Assembly (NCBI GenBank): GCA_964016885.1 | Contig: OZ024742.1 | Location: 299,708,001-299,772,000, forward strand | DNA: 64,000 nucleotides | Direction of reading: 5' to 3' | DNA from: Eledone cirrhosa | Taxonomy: Eukaryota | In this document: one piece after another, positions 43,413-56,855 of the stretch | Layout of the letters: every line of letters begins with the position of its first letter | Numbering within the stretch: the stretch's first letter is position 1 | Translations under genes and position numbers: made by a program | Notes under the pieces: model-generated | Databases searched by the model: none | The model's input: only the letters and a program-made list of their open reading frames with translations | Told to the model about the DNA's origin: nothing

Positions 43413-43475
43413 TTTTATTATACATATTTCAGAGGTACTAAGCTATCTTCAACAGTACGTCCTCATCAGATAAAA
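43413..43475 (-). ncRNA. Type I hammerhead ribozyme
   Basis: ttttat-CTGATGA-ggacgtact..agtacctct-GAAA-t-atgt-a-TA-ataaaa. Confidence 0.7.
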
Positions 43476-43531
43476 TAAGATGATGCATGACATACCCTGA
43501 CTTAGTAGATGGTTAAGATTCAGTCATGGTA

Positions 43532-43567
<36 letters not shown>

Positions 43568-43706
43568 CGAAGGAAGTGTGGTAAAGAACCAAGTGGACCA
43601 TAACGCACCAGAGTACTCGATACTTTGGGTAGTAGAGTGGCTAATATGAAAGGAGTCCAGATATAGCCGTAGAAACGGCTTGAGCTCTGCCGTCGGGGTC
43701 CTGAGT

Positions 43707-43746
<40 letters not shown>

Positions 43747-43747
43747 C

Positions 43748-43818
<71 letters not shown>

Positions 43819-43834
43819 CATATATATATATATG

Positions 43835-43943
<109 letters not shown>

Positions 43944-43956
43944 GTATATATATATG

Positions 43957-44005
<49 letters not shown>

Positions 44006-44232
44006 GATATAGCAGTTGAGCAGTTGAAGTATAAGGACGTGTTTTTACTTCTCTCCCCGAGTAAGCAGCAAGTCACACAGCCACAAAACAAAACCACAAG
44101 ACAAAACCAAACAAACAAAAATTGACCGGTTAATACATTTTCATACATCTATATTATTATATATTTGAAAATTGACCGGTTAATACATTTTTCATACATC
44201 TATATTATTATATATTTGAAACCACGTGTTTT

Positions 44233-44960
44233 CGAACTTGTGAGTACATTTTCCTTTAACTACAAATTATTATTATATACTTTCGTCTTTTCATTAACTT
44301 AATTAATTTCAAATAACCAGAATATACATATATATATATATATATACTCATATTTATATATATACGCTTCTCACTCACACACAAGAAAAACAAAAAACAA
44401 AAATAAATCAAAAATCAAAAATAAATTTAAAAAAAATATATATATATATTGAAATACTTAACTAAAACACACACACCCGAACTTGTGAGTACATTTTCCT
44501 TTAACTACAAATTATTATTATATACTTTCGTCTTTTCATTAACTTAATTAATTTCAAAAAACCAGAATATACATATATATATATATATATACTCATATTT
44601 ATATATATACGCTTCTCACTCACACACAAGAAAAACAAAAAACAAAAATAAATCAAAAATCAAAAATAAATTTTAAAAAAAAATATATATATATTGAAAT
44701 ACTTAACTAAAACACACACACCCGAACTTGTGAGTACATTTTCCTTTAACTACAAATTATTATTATATACTTTCGTCTTTTCATTAACTTAATTAATTTC
44801 AAATAACCAGAATATACATATATATATATATATATACTCATATTTATATATATACGCTTCTCACTCACACACAAGAAAAACAAAAAACAAAAATAAATCA
44901 AAAATAAATTTTAAAAAAAATATATATATATTGAAATACTTAACTAAAACACACACACAC
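44233..44960 (+). repeat. Three 245-bp tandem monomers in the LINE 5' UTR
   Basis: cgaacttgtgagtac at 44233, 44478 and 44723. Confidence 0.95.
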
Positions 44961-44971
44961 TCAAAACTAGA

Positions 44972-46148
44972 ATGGCTAACCAGCAAAAATCCAAACAGAA
45001 CTGGTCTGATAATGAAATCGACATTCTAATAAACACATGGCATTGCCTTTCCCAAACTGAAGACATACATGCTTCATCTCTGAACGACATTGCTAAACGT
45101 ACAGTTCAATTTTTGAAAACTCGATCTGAACAACAGATTCAAAATAAATTAAAGCAAATCGAAATTGCTTTTAAATTAATCAATAAACATTTGGATAAAC
45201 TACGGTGTGTTTTCTCTTCGAATGCTGTCCAGCAGCAGCAACAACAACAACAACAGCTACAACAGCAACAACAACAACAGCTACAACAACAACATCAACA
45301 ACAGCTACAACAACAACATCAACAACAGCAACAACAACAACAACGACAACAACAGTGTGAACCACTCCTTGATTCATCAACAATGGCCGATCTACTAAAT
45401 GAAACTATTGACCCCCCCAGTAGCCTCTGTCTCACAGCATGAAACGCCACATCCTTTCTCTGGCCCAGCAGTCCAATCATCACCACTGCCAACATCTCTG
45501 CCTACTACTACTACTACTACTACAACATTTTTGTCTACTGCTATGTCAAGGAATTTACCTTCTAATACCAGAACAAGAACTCTCCCTCCCACAGTCCACA
45601 AAGGTCGTCAAATCCTACCCAAACCATCATCTACACCTCTCACAACACCCACACCCACATACCCACCCACTCGAAACCCCATCATTTGCCGCTACTCTCT
45701 ACGCTATAGAATATGTACGGATAGTGGCTGCAAATTCACCCATTTACCTAGGACAAAACGATCTATCCCCACAAACAGCCACCACCATAATACATACTCT
45801 AATTTAACACCAACACAACCACCAATAACTCAAACAAGGAATCCACAAATCTGCCGTTTTTCCCTGCGAGACAGATTGTGTTTAGACCGGGATTGTCCCT
45901 TTACCCATCTCCCGGGGACCCGTCGGATAAATGAAAATAAAATTAAAAATAAAAGCAAAAACAAAAACCATAACCTACATAAAAATAACCACTACCACAG
46001 TCACCAACAGTCTTCTAAACAGGAAACTTCTTCCTCTTTTTTAGCCATAATGAATCTGGCAAAAGAACTGGAAAAAAACATTCGAGCTATCACCCAGCAC
46101 CACCCTCCACTATCACCCCACTGCACAAACTCCCATTGCTGCCATTAA
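44972..46148 (+). CDS. LINE ORF1: Myb/SANT-like domain, polyQ, Thr/Pro linker and two CCCH fingers; split by a 1-nt shift, probably in the C7 run near 45412
   Basis: WSDNEIDILINTW..RSEQQIQNKLKQI; CRYSLRYRICTDSGCKFTH and CRFSLRDRLCLDRDCPFTH. Confidence 0.7.
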
Positions 46149-49100
46149 CAAACAAACAAATTAACAACACACCAAAACAATTAAAACCATCCACTCTCGC
46201 CTCTACATTTTTGCTTAACGCCCAAGGCATCAGCCCTTCCACCAATACTCAAAAATGGAAGATCAAATTCCTGGAGGACTGGATTGATGTCCATCCAAAC
46301 CACATCCCTTTCTTCGTCCTCACTGAAACCCATCTCAGTAACCTCCACTTGGAAGCCGAGGTGAAAGTGAAAAATTTCAAAGCCATCCGTGCTGATCGCG
46401 CTGGCAGAAGAAAGGGCGGAACTGCCATTTATGTCCATAATTCTTTCTCAACAGAGGCTATGAACATATTCACTAATGGATACTGGGAGGCAGTCACTGT
46501 ATTCAGTCAAACCAACAACCTATTAGTAGTTGGGCTCTATAGGCCACCCCAAACGCCTGTACCATGCTTCAAGGAATGCCTCAACAGCATAAAGTGTTTC
46601 ATCCAAGAGTGTCACCCTGACAACATCTTAATGATGGGGGACTTCAACCTCCCCGGAGTTGACTGGTCCACAAACACCCTGCCACCAGGTTCTTCTGCCT
46701 CAACCTCTGACAGGGAAGCTGTGGAATCGCTTCTTGACTTCATGGATGATTTCTTCCTATCCCAACTAGTGCTCGAACCAACGAGGTGCCACAAAAACGT
46801 CCTAGACTTAATTTTCAGCAATCACACTGAAAATATCCACAATATTGCAGTGGAGAAAACTCTACTCTCTGATCATGACATGGTTCTCTGTGATCTGAGA
46901 TTCCACCGTCCAATATACAAACCCAATGTCATCTCTCCTGTCCATCCGTTTGACGCTATGGATTTCCACAATGCAAACTGGGAAGCGATCAGTCATGATC
47001 TTGCACATGTCGACTGGTCCTTCACGCACACTCATACACCCACTAACATCAAAAAGTCCTGGCAGACATTTGTGGACACTGTTACAAACATATGTGCTAA
47101 ACACACCCCATTAAGAACTATAAACAAATCTAAGAGCAGAATCCCTAGAAATAGAAAAACGCTCATCAGAAAAATTAAGAGAACGAACAAAAAAATCAAC
47201 AAGCTGAAATACTGTCAGCAGCAACACATCAACTTGACTGCCATTTCATCACTAGAGATTAAAAAACATAACCTCCAAAACAACATAATGTCCCTCATCA
47301 ACAATCAGAGAAGAGCTGAAGAGGCCTGGGCCATTGAGAAGATCAAACTCAATCCCAAAGTGTTCTTTTCATTTGCAAAAAAACACAAAATCACTGGCTC
47401 TACTGTTGGCCCTCTAATTAATGAAAATGGCACTCTTCAAGACAATGCTAAAACCATGGGTGAGATACTGCAGAAACAATACTGCTCTGTTTTCAGCAAT
47501 CCTGATATGGCCGATCTGGGCTGTATCGGCGATGTTACTCCCCATTACACCTTATAGGACATAACGTTTGGCGCCCCTGATGTCTTGGCGGCAATAAAGG
47601 AAATCAAGCATAATTCAGCAGTAGGTCCCGATAGGTTCCCTGCTTGTGTCTTGAAGGCGTGTCAACACCAACTTGCTTCTCCTCTTGCCAATCTGTGGCG
47701 GAACTCACTGGATGCTGGATATGTGCCAGAAAACCTTCTATCCCAGTCTGTTGTCCCAGTTTTCAAAAAGGGAAACAAATCCCTTGCCGTGAATTACCGT
47801 CCAATCTCACTCACCTCTCATATCATTAAGGTATTTGAGCGAGTGGTGAGATCGCGAATGACCCACTTCCTTGAGAGTAACAATATGCTGAACTCCAACC
47901 AGCATGGATTCCGTAATGGAAGGGATTGCCTGACGCAACTACTGCATCACTTTGATGACATTTTGAGAGCCTTGGGAGAGGGTTCCAACACTGATGTTAT
48001 CTACCTTGATTTCAGCAAGGCCTTTGACAGGGTCGATCATAACATTCTACTGAGAAAGCTGTCCAATATTGGTGTCACTGGAAAGCTGCTGCAGTGGATC
48101 AAGAGCTTCCTGTCAAACAGAACCCAACATGTTGTAGTTGAGGGAGTCAAATCAAGCCCAGCCAAAGTCAGTAGTGGAGTCCCACAAGGCACTGTGTTGG
48201 GCCCACTTCTCTTCATCATCTATATTAATGACATCACTGACATCATCAAACACAGCAACATTAAAATTTTCGCTGATGATTCCAAGCTCCAAAAGGTCAT
48301 CAATGGCGTGGATGACCGGATAAGCCTTCAGTCAGACCTACTGGCTGTTACCCAATGGGCAGAAAAGAACAACATGTTACTGAACGAAGACAAATTCGAA
48401 CTGATCCACTTTGGAAAAGAGGATGCTCTGAAACTCCCGTACTCCCTTCCCTCCGGGGAAACTCTCGTGGCATCTAACAACATCAGAGACTTGGGAGTAA
48501 CCGTGGACAGCAACATAAGCTGGACCACGCATATAAGCAGCAAAGTTGACATGGCCCGCAGAATGTGTTCCTGGATCCTCAGAACCTTCCAGTCGAGAGA
48601 TTCCGGCACCATTATCCTTCTCTTCTCTACTTTCGCCCGACCACACCTTGAATACTGTTGTCCACTGTGGTCTCCCCACACGAAACAAAGTATCATGAAA
48701 CTTGAAGCTCCTCAAAGGGCAATCACGAAAAAGATAGATGGCATGTCAGACCTTGACTACTGGGGTCGATTGGAAAACCTGAAACTTTACTCACTCCAAC
48801 GACGCCGTGAGCGTTATATTATCTGCATGATGTGGAAAATGTTCCATCATCACTGCCCAAATGATGTTGGCATCGCCTTCAAGATACACCCAAGGCTTGG
48901 GCCCCGTGCTATCCGTCCCATTCAAAAATCTAAATCGCAACTCATAACAACAATACGGCACAATTATTTCACCTCAATCGGCCCTGCTCTCTTCAACATC
49001 ACACCAGGACACGTCAAAACAGAAACTGACCACACAAAATTCAAGAAGTCTTTGGACAAATTCCTCCAAGTAATCCCGGACAAACCACCCACACCCGGAT

Positions 49101-49156
49101 ATGTCTCCGCAAACAGTAATTCTCTTCTCGAATGGGCCATGGTGCCCAAATCCTGA
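46019..49156 (+). CDS. LINE ORF2, APE endonuclease plus reverse transcriptase; single in-frame TAG at 47555
   Basis: LTETHL, GDFNLP, LDL, SDH; NYRPISLTS, YLDFSKAFD, GVPQGTVLGP, FADD, RPHLEYC. Confidence 0.93.
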
Positions 49157-49250
49157 ATTGAAAGACTTCGCCAGGTGGTGCTATTAAGTTAGACATGGCC
49201 TGGGCCAATACTGGCCAAAACATTTCAAAGTTATTCAAAGTTATTCAAAG

Positions 49251-49306
<56 letters not shown>

Positions 49307-49307
49307 G

Positions 49308-49408
<101 letters not shown>

Positions 49409-49421
49409 GTATATATATATG

Positions 49422-49481
<60 letters not shown>

Positions 49482-49489
49482 TGTATTTG

Positions 49490-49523
<34 letters not shown>

Positions 49524-49534
49524 TATGTATATGT

Positions 49535-49588
<54 letters not shown>

Positions 49589-49599
49589 ATATATATGTA

Positions 49600-49818
<219 letters not shown>

Positions 49819-50034
49819 GGCGTGTGGCTGAGTGGTTAGAGAATTGAATTCGCAATCGTAAGGTTGTGAGTTCGATTCCTGGACCAGGTGATGCGTTATG
49901 TCCTTGAGCAAGACACTTTATTTCACGTTGCTCCTTCTACCTGGAGTTGCGACCGATAGATAGTATTAGCAATTGGAAAGACCAACGGAAACATTGTTCC
50001 CTCGGTCCGATTTGACGAAAGTCGATCGTTCCTT

Positions 50035-50085
<51 letters not shown>

Positions 50086-50090
50086 GTATA

Positions 50091-50142
<52 letters not shown>

Positions 50143-50382
50143 TAGATAGATATACATATCTATATATATAGATAGATATACATATCTATATATATAGCGT
50201 GAGCATAAAGTATTTCCCTGATTATAAAATACCATATCTCGGACACTATTTGAAATTTTAATTTTTCATTGTTTTAATTCATAACTTTAAAGTTTTAAGT
50301 TTTTTCTCTTCTCATGGAGTAATTGTAATTTTCAATAACAATATGACATCTATGAAACAAAAACCAAGATTTTATGCTCACC

Positions 50383-50427
<45 letters not shown>

Positions 50428-50890
50428 CATGTGAAGAAAGAAGAATACTGCGTGGTTGCACATGGGTTACATATGATAAAAATAGTCCTTCGTCAGTGAT
50501 TTGCCAACCATCATTGATATTTCATCGCATTAAAAATCAGATACCTCAGGTTGGTGCGAGCAATAGCTAAATAAAGCTATTGGGACAAGTAAATCGCGTA
50601 AAGCGAGTGAGACAAGTAAACAACATAGAAGGATGAAAGCAACGCAAAGATGGGAATAAACAAGCAACATGGTTATCCGGTCAGCATAAGCTGGGTGGAT
50701 TTCATGAACGATCGAGATACAGACCGTCCGACGTGAGTGAGATGTGAGCAAGAAGAGAACCCACTACTAGCCAAACGGGAGGAAGTGAGAAGGGGAGAAA
50801 CAGAGAGTGAGTGAGTGGAAAAAACAGGTTGAATCATCATTTATTTGTCAATTTTAGATATTTTTAATGTAATATATATATATATATATT

Positions 50891-52026
50891 ACAAGTAAGT
50901 ATGTTTTGAAACAGTGAGCAGGTTTGAAATTAGAAAATAGAATAGCTTTCACCGTATTTTTGACTAAAGAAATAAATTTTAGTCAGATAATGGGGTTTAG
51001 AACTCTCAGATAAATGGAAAAAGATGAGTATTGACGTACATGGGAGTCGAGCCCACATCTTTGGTTATCCAGACCACTGTGCTACCATTACACCAGCACA
51101 TCGCCCATCTCCTTCCATTCAAATTAGAAGCTACATTCTTAGCGAGTATAAATGACAAGTAAGTATGTTTTTCCATTTATCTGAGGGTTCTAAACGCCAT
51201 TATCAGACTAAAATTTCTTTAGTAAAAAATACGGTGAAAGCTATTCTATTTTCTAATTTCAAACCTGCTCACTGTTTCAAAACATACTTACTTGTCATTT
51301 ATACTCGCTAAGAATGTAGCTTCTAATTTGAATGGAAAGAGATGGGTGATGTGTTGGTGTAATGGTAGCACAGTGGTCTGGATAACCAAAGATGTGGGTT
51401 CGACTTCCATGTACGTCAATACTCATCTATTTCCATTTATCTGAGGGTTCTAAACGCCATTATCAGACTAAAATTTCTTTAGTAAAAAATACGGTGAAAG
51501 CTATTCTATTTTCTAATTTCAAACCTGCTCACTGTTTCAAAACATACTTACTTGTCATTTATACTCGCTAAGAATGTAGCTTCTAATTTGAATGGAAAGA
51601 GAAGGGTGATGTGTTGGTGTAATGGTAGCACAGTGGTCTGGATAACCAAAGATGTGGGTTCGACTTCCATGTACGTCAATACTCATCTATTTCCATTTAT
51701 CTGAGGGTTCTAAACGCCATTATCAGACTAAAATTTCTTTAGTCAAAAATACGGTAAAAGCTATTCTATTTTCTAATTTCAAACCTGCTCACTGTTTCAA
51801 AACATACTTACTTGTCATTTATACTCGCTAAGAATGTAGCTTCTAATTTGAATGGAAGGAGATGGGTGATGTGTTGGTGTAGTGGTAGCACAGTGGTCTG
51901 GATAACCAAAGATGTGGGTTCGACTCCCATTTACGTCAATACTAATCTTTTTCCATTTATCTGAGGGTTCTAAACCCCATTATCAGACTAAAATGTCTTT
52001 AGTCAAAAATACGGTGAAAGCTATTA
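50891..52026. repeat. 260-bp unit array: one inverted copy plus 3.3 tandem copies
   Basis: ttccatttatctgagggttc at 51171, 51431, 51691 and 51951; reverse-complement copy at 50891-51170. Confidence 0.95.
51348..51418 (+). tRNA. tRNA-like cloverleaf, anticodon GGA, short variable loop (copies 51608-51678, 51868-51938, and 51032-51102 on -); probably a pseudo-tRNA
   Basis: Acceptor gatgtgy/gtacgtc; D arm gtgt-aatggta-gcac; anticodon arm tggt-ctGGAta-acca; T arm gtggg-ttcgact-yccat; A and B boxes present. Confidence 0.65.
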
Positions 52027-52141
52027 TATATATATATATATTTATTAAAATAACAGATTAGTCTTCAAATTTATTATTATTACTATATATATATATAAAA
52101 ATACAAATATTAATAAAATAGATGTTCTTTTTATCAATTAC

Positions 52142-52194
52142 ATTTTATTATACATATTTCAGATGTACAACAGTACGTCCTCATCAGACAAAAT
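52142..52194 (-). ncRNA. Type I hammerhead ribozyme
   Basis: attttgt-CTGATGA-ggacgtac-tgtt-gtacatct-GAAA-t-atgt-a-TA-ataaaat. Confidence 0.75.
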
Positions 52195-52649
52195 ATAATG
52201 ATACATGACATACCCTGAGATGTTAAATGGTTAAGATTTAATCAAGGTAGTGATTAACCTAAGAGAAAGTTTAACATTTATACCCTAATAATGAGAAAAT
52301 GCGGAAACGTAATAAATTCAATAGAGAATGTGTGAGTAAGAAAAACGTTGCTTAATGTAACAGTCATAGAGATTTTAAAATGTATGATACTACAATTCAT
52401 CAGGGAAAGCTGTCAATGAGAGCCGCTGAGATAATATATATAGAGAGAGGGAATATATGTAGAAGGAGATTTTCCGAAAGTTAAGTTTGAAAATATTTAA
52501 TTTATGCTATTTTAGGGAAAATAGTTAACGTAAGATGTGGGAAAAATAATTCAAACTCAATTCAAAAAGAATCAGGATATAGATTCATCCAACAGAATTT
52601 AGTGAAATCCAGGGGAAAATCAATAGACCCTTAACTCATGATAAAATAA

Positions 52650-52681
<32 letters not shown>

Positions 52682-52684
<3 letters not shown>

Positions 52685-53490
52685 GGTGGCTCTTAGCAAT
52701 AGGTAATTTTCCGAAAGTTAAACTTTTGCTACTCCCACCTCCTAATCCTGATTCAACTAACAAAATCACGGGCTGTGTAAAATTTCAGCTCAATCGGACA
52801 ATTGTTAGGTGACCCTCAAAGGCCTTGAAGTTGGAACATAGTATACGCAACGATCAATTCTGTTCAAAAGCCATTTTCTTTTTTCTTCTTAGAGAAATTT
52901 ATCTGGACACATCCAGGCAACCCCAGCAAATGTTTAAAAACGTTCTGAATCAAATTTACCAATATTTAATTTGAAAAATTCCTGAAATAACATGAAAAAC
53001 TTAAGAAATATTAGGTTTTCTTAATAAAGCACACAACTTCTATAAGAGAAACGCATTTTTATTTACAACAATAATTTCAATAGAATCAAAAACATAATGT
53101 GAACACTGAACACTGAATATTGAACATTATTTTTGCTGGCCTTGTGCCTAACGTAGAAACAATTATTTTTGCATAAGAGAGGATTTAGTGGCAGTTAGGC
53201 GTGTTTTTCAGTTTTCGGTAACGATCTGTAAGTTTCTCAGTTTCATCTTTTGTGAGAATGTTATTTTAATCCTGAATGAGTTTGACACCTCTTTCTGTAA
53301 CGTCATTCACAACAACTGTCTTCTCAAGTTTTTTAAGTCCACTTTTGTAACCAAGATCATACTTCCATGTTGAAGGAAATCGTTGCTGATAGAAAATCCT
53401 GTGAAGAAAGTGTTTGCACTAGGAGTTACAAAAGACGTTGATTTTTTTTCTTTTTCCTCTTCTTCACCTTTGTCTGCTTCCAGCATACCT
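52682..53490 (-). mobile_element. hAT (hATm-like) transposon end with transposase C-terminal relic
   Basis: Minus strand reads FVTPSANTFF..NDF/PSTW..VVNDVTERGVKLIQD*NNILTKDE; terminus taaggtggctctta at 52682. Confidence 0.6.
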
Positions 53491-55262
53491 TGCTCTCCTT
53501 TTCTCATTGCTCTCCGTGCTCTCCGTTTATCCTTGCTCTCCTTGCTCTTCTTTCTTCATTGCTCTCCTTGCTCTCCTTTTCTCATTGCTCTCATTGCTCT
53601 CCTTTTCTCATTGATCTCCTTGCTCTCCTTTTCTCATTGCTCTCTTTGCTCTTCTTTTATCCTTGCTCTCATTGCTCTCCCTTTCTCATTGCTCTCATTG
53701 CTCTCCATGTTCTCATTTTCTCATTGCTCTCCTTGCTCTCATTGCTCTCCTTTTCTCATTGCTCTCCTTGCTCTCCTTGTTCTCCCTTTCTCATTACTCT
53801 CCTTGTTCTCATTTTCTAATTGCTCTCCTTGCTCTCCCTTTCTAATTGCTCTCTTTGCTCTTCTTTTATCCTTGCTCTCATTGCTCTCCTTTTCTCCTTG
53901 CTCTCCTTTTCTCCGTTTCTTCTTCCTCGTCTTGCTCTACTTGTTCTCCCTTTCTCATTGCTCTTTTTGCTCTTCTTTTCTCCTTTTCTCCTTGCTCTCC
54001 TTGCTCTCCTTGCTCCCCTTTTATCCTTGCTCTCCTTGCTCCCCTTTTATCCTTGCTCTCCTTGTTCTCCTTTTCTCATTACTCTCCTTGTTCTCATTTT
54101 ATCATTGCTCTCCTTGCTCTCCTTTTCTCATTGCTCTCATTGCTCTCCTTTTCTCATTGCTCTCTTTGCTCTTCTTTTATCCTTGCTCTCATTGCTCTCC
54201 TTTTCTCCTTGCTCCCCCTTTCTCCTTTTCTTCTTCCTCGTCTTGCTCTACTTGTTCTCCCTTTCTCATTGCTCTCTTTGCTCTTCTTTTTCTCCTTTTC
54301 TCCTTGCTCTCCTTGCTCCCCTTTTATCCTTGCTCTCCTTGTTCTCCTTTTCTTATTACTCTCCTTGTTCTCATTTTCTCATTGCTCTCCTTGCTCTCCT
54401 TTTCTCATTGATCACGTTGCTCTCCTTTCTTCATTGCTCTCTTTGCTCTTCTTTTATCCTTGCTCTCATTGCTCTCCTTGTTCTCCTTTTCTTCTTCCTC
54501 GTCTTGCTGTGCTTGCTCTCCCTTTTTCATTGCTCTCCTTGCTCTCCTTGTTCTCCTTGTTCTCCTTGCTCTCCTTTTATCCTTGCTATCCTTGTTCTCC
54601 TTTTCTCATTACTCTCCTTGTTCTCATTTTCTCATTGCTCTCCTTTCTCTCCTTTTCTCATTGATCTGATTGCTCTCCTTTTCTCATTGTTCTCTTTGCT
54701 CTTCTTTTATCCCTGCTCTCATTGCTCTCCTTTTCTCCTTGCTCTCCTTTTCTTCGTTTCTTCTTCCTCTTCCTGCTCTCATTGCTCTCCCTTTCTCATT
54801 GCTCTCCTTGCTCTCCTTTTCTCCTTGCTCTCCTTTTCTCATTACCCTCCTTGCTCTCCTTTTCTCCTTGATCTCCTTGCTTTCACTTTCTCATTGCTCT
54901 CCTTTTATCATTTATCTTTTACCATTTATCTGCTTGCTCTCCTTTTCTCCTTTTCTGCTTTTCTCCTTGCTCTTCTTTCTCCCCTTGCTCTCACTTTCTC
55001 ATTGCTGTTCTTGCTCTCATTTTCTCCTTGCTCTCCTTGCTCTCCATTTCTCATTGGTCTCCTTTATCTCCTTTTATACTTGCGCTCCTTGCTCTCCTTA
55101 CTCTCCTTTTCTCCTTTTCTCCCTTTCTTCTTCCTCGTCTTGCTGTGCTTGCTCTCCCTTTCTTATTGCTCTCCTTGCTCTCATTTTCTCCTTGCTCTCC
55201 TTGCTCTCCATTTCTCATTGGTCTCCTTTCTCTCCTTTTATCCTTGCTTTCCTTGCTCTTCT
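53490..55262. repeat. 1.8-kb pyrimidine-rich minisatellite based on the 9-mer TTGCTCTCM
   Basis: ttgctctcc/ttgctctca/ttttctca units with higher-order blocks. Confidence 0.95.
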
Positions 55263-55370
55263 TGTATATATATATATACATATATCTGTATATATGTATA
55301 TATATACATATTACTCAATACCGAGTACTCATTTCTCTCAGCTGTCAACCACATACGGATATATGTATAT

Positions 55371-55733
55371 TAGGGTGGCCCTTAGGTAATTTTCCGAAGA
55401 TTAAAATTGTGTTGCTCCCACAGCGAAAAATAGGTGTTTGCCTTATACCTGCGCTCGGTCCCCAGCTTAGCAAGTTGCCTTCCCTGTAATATGTATTGTC
55501 ACTTACCCTTCTAATACCAAGAATAAGTCTTAAGTTGTTTTTTTTAATTTAAGAGAAAATCATATAAGAGGTAAACAAATTTTCTCTGAAAAATCTCTTT
55601 CACGGTCGATGAGGGTCGTCTTGCAGTTATCCACTTGAGCTAAAGTTTTGCATAGATTGGTTGTTTGTTAATTGGAACAAGATAGGGCGGTGGGAGCTAA
55701 AGTTTTAGAAAGTTGAAAAGTAAGGGCCATGTA
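55371..55733. mobile_element. Non-autonomous hATm-like MITE
   Basis: Imperfect TIRs tagggtggccctta ... taagggccatgta; left end is similar to 52682. Confidence 0.6.
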
Positions 55734-55928
55734 TATATTTGAGTATGTGTTGGTTGTTTATTTGAGTATGTGTTGGTTGTTTATTTGAGAATGTGTTGGT
55801 TGTATATATATACATATATATATGCAGAGGTTATAATTAATTTGTTGGGATTCAACAAGCTTAAATATATATATATATAAAATAAGTAAGTCAGACATGT
55901 TAAAGCTGGCTTCGTTTATTATAATTTC

Positions 55929-55981
55929 CTGCTATATATATTTCAGTGACAGCTATTATTAGGTGTGACCTCATCAGGCAG
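55929..55981 (-). ncRNA. Type I hammerhead ribozyme
   Basis: ctgc-CTGATGA-stem II-GAAA-t-atat-a-TA-gcag. Confidence 0.75.
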
Positions 55982-56005
55982 TACTTCCTTCGTTTTATAT
56001 ATATT

Positions 56006-56103
<98 letters not shown>

Positions 56104-56765
56104 TATATAAAACGTATGTATATATATATACATATATAACGAAGGAAGTGTGGTAAGGAACAAGATGGACCATAACGCACCAGAGTACTCAATACTTAGG
56201 GTAGTAGAGTATGTAATAGGAAAATGTTTAACCCCGACGGCAAAGCTCAAGCCGTTTCGACGTTTGGACTCAGAAATAGCCGTCGAAACGGCTTGAGCTG
56301 TGCCGTCGGGGTTAAATATTTTCCTATATATATATATATATATATCAGACAAAGGACGAGGGACCACCTCGAGGGACCACCTCGTGGCAGTTGAACATGT
56401 TGATCTCTACCATCACACTCTCGTATGGACAAATGATTTGTAACACTCCCCAGTTCTCACCAGATTCTTGAGTCTACCCTATCTCTACATCTCTTCATAA
56501 CTTTACTTGTGTATGAACAGTTGGTGATGTTGTTATTGTCATTGTGGTTGTCGTTGCTGAATATTTTTTAACCTGTTAGTTCTTTCGTTACTTTGGTATT
56601 GTGTGGTTGGGTTTTGCCTACTGCAATGTTCAAGTTGTCAAGCTATTTAAACGTATGATATTACTCTAAGGACCTACCCTAACTGAGTGCTTTGCTAACT
56701 CATTCCTATTGTAGGTCGACTTTGCTTGGCCACAGCCAAAGCTTCGATTTTACTAAGCTTCCACT

Positions 56766-56799
<34 letters not shown>

Positions 56800-56804
56800 G
56801 AAAT

Positions 56805-56855
56805 GGCTTCTACAGGTCTAGAACTGTTTCATTCGGGAAAAATCATCAGGAAGCC
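56805..56855 (-). ncRNA. Type I hammerhead ribozyme within an inverted-repeat element (relatives at 575-600, 28125-28225, 59740-59830)
   Basis: ggcttc-CTGATGA-short stem-GAAA-cag-ttctagac-ctG-TA-gaagcc. Confidence 0.75.

Larger units (their letters stand above)
44008..49252 (+). mobile_element. Apparently full-length CR1-like LINE
   Basis: 5' cagtt...ggacgtgttt (Inr/DPE-like), 5' UTR repeats, ORF1, APE-RT ORF2 and a (ttattcaaag)n tail; long (TA)n on both sides. Confidence 0.9.

Noticed and set aside
50891-52026. CRISPR-like array or functional tRNA-Ser cluster
   Set aside because: The whole units are identical with no unique spacers, the context is eukaryotic, and the cloverleaf lacks Ser identity features.
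53383-55489. Leu/Ser/Cys-rich ORFs of up to 517 aa
   Set aside because: All three frames are open because of the pyrimidine minisatellite; there is no domain signal.
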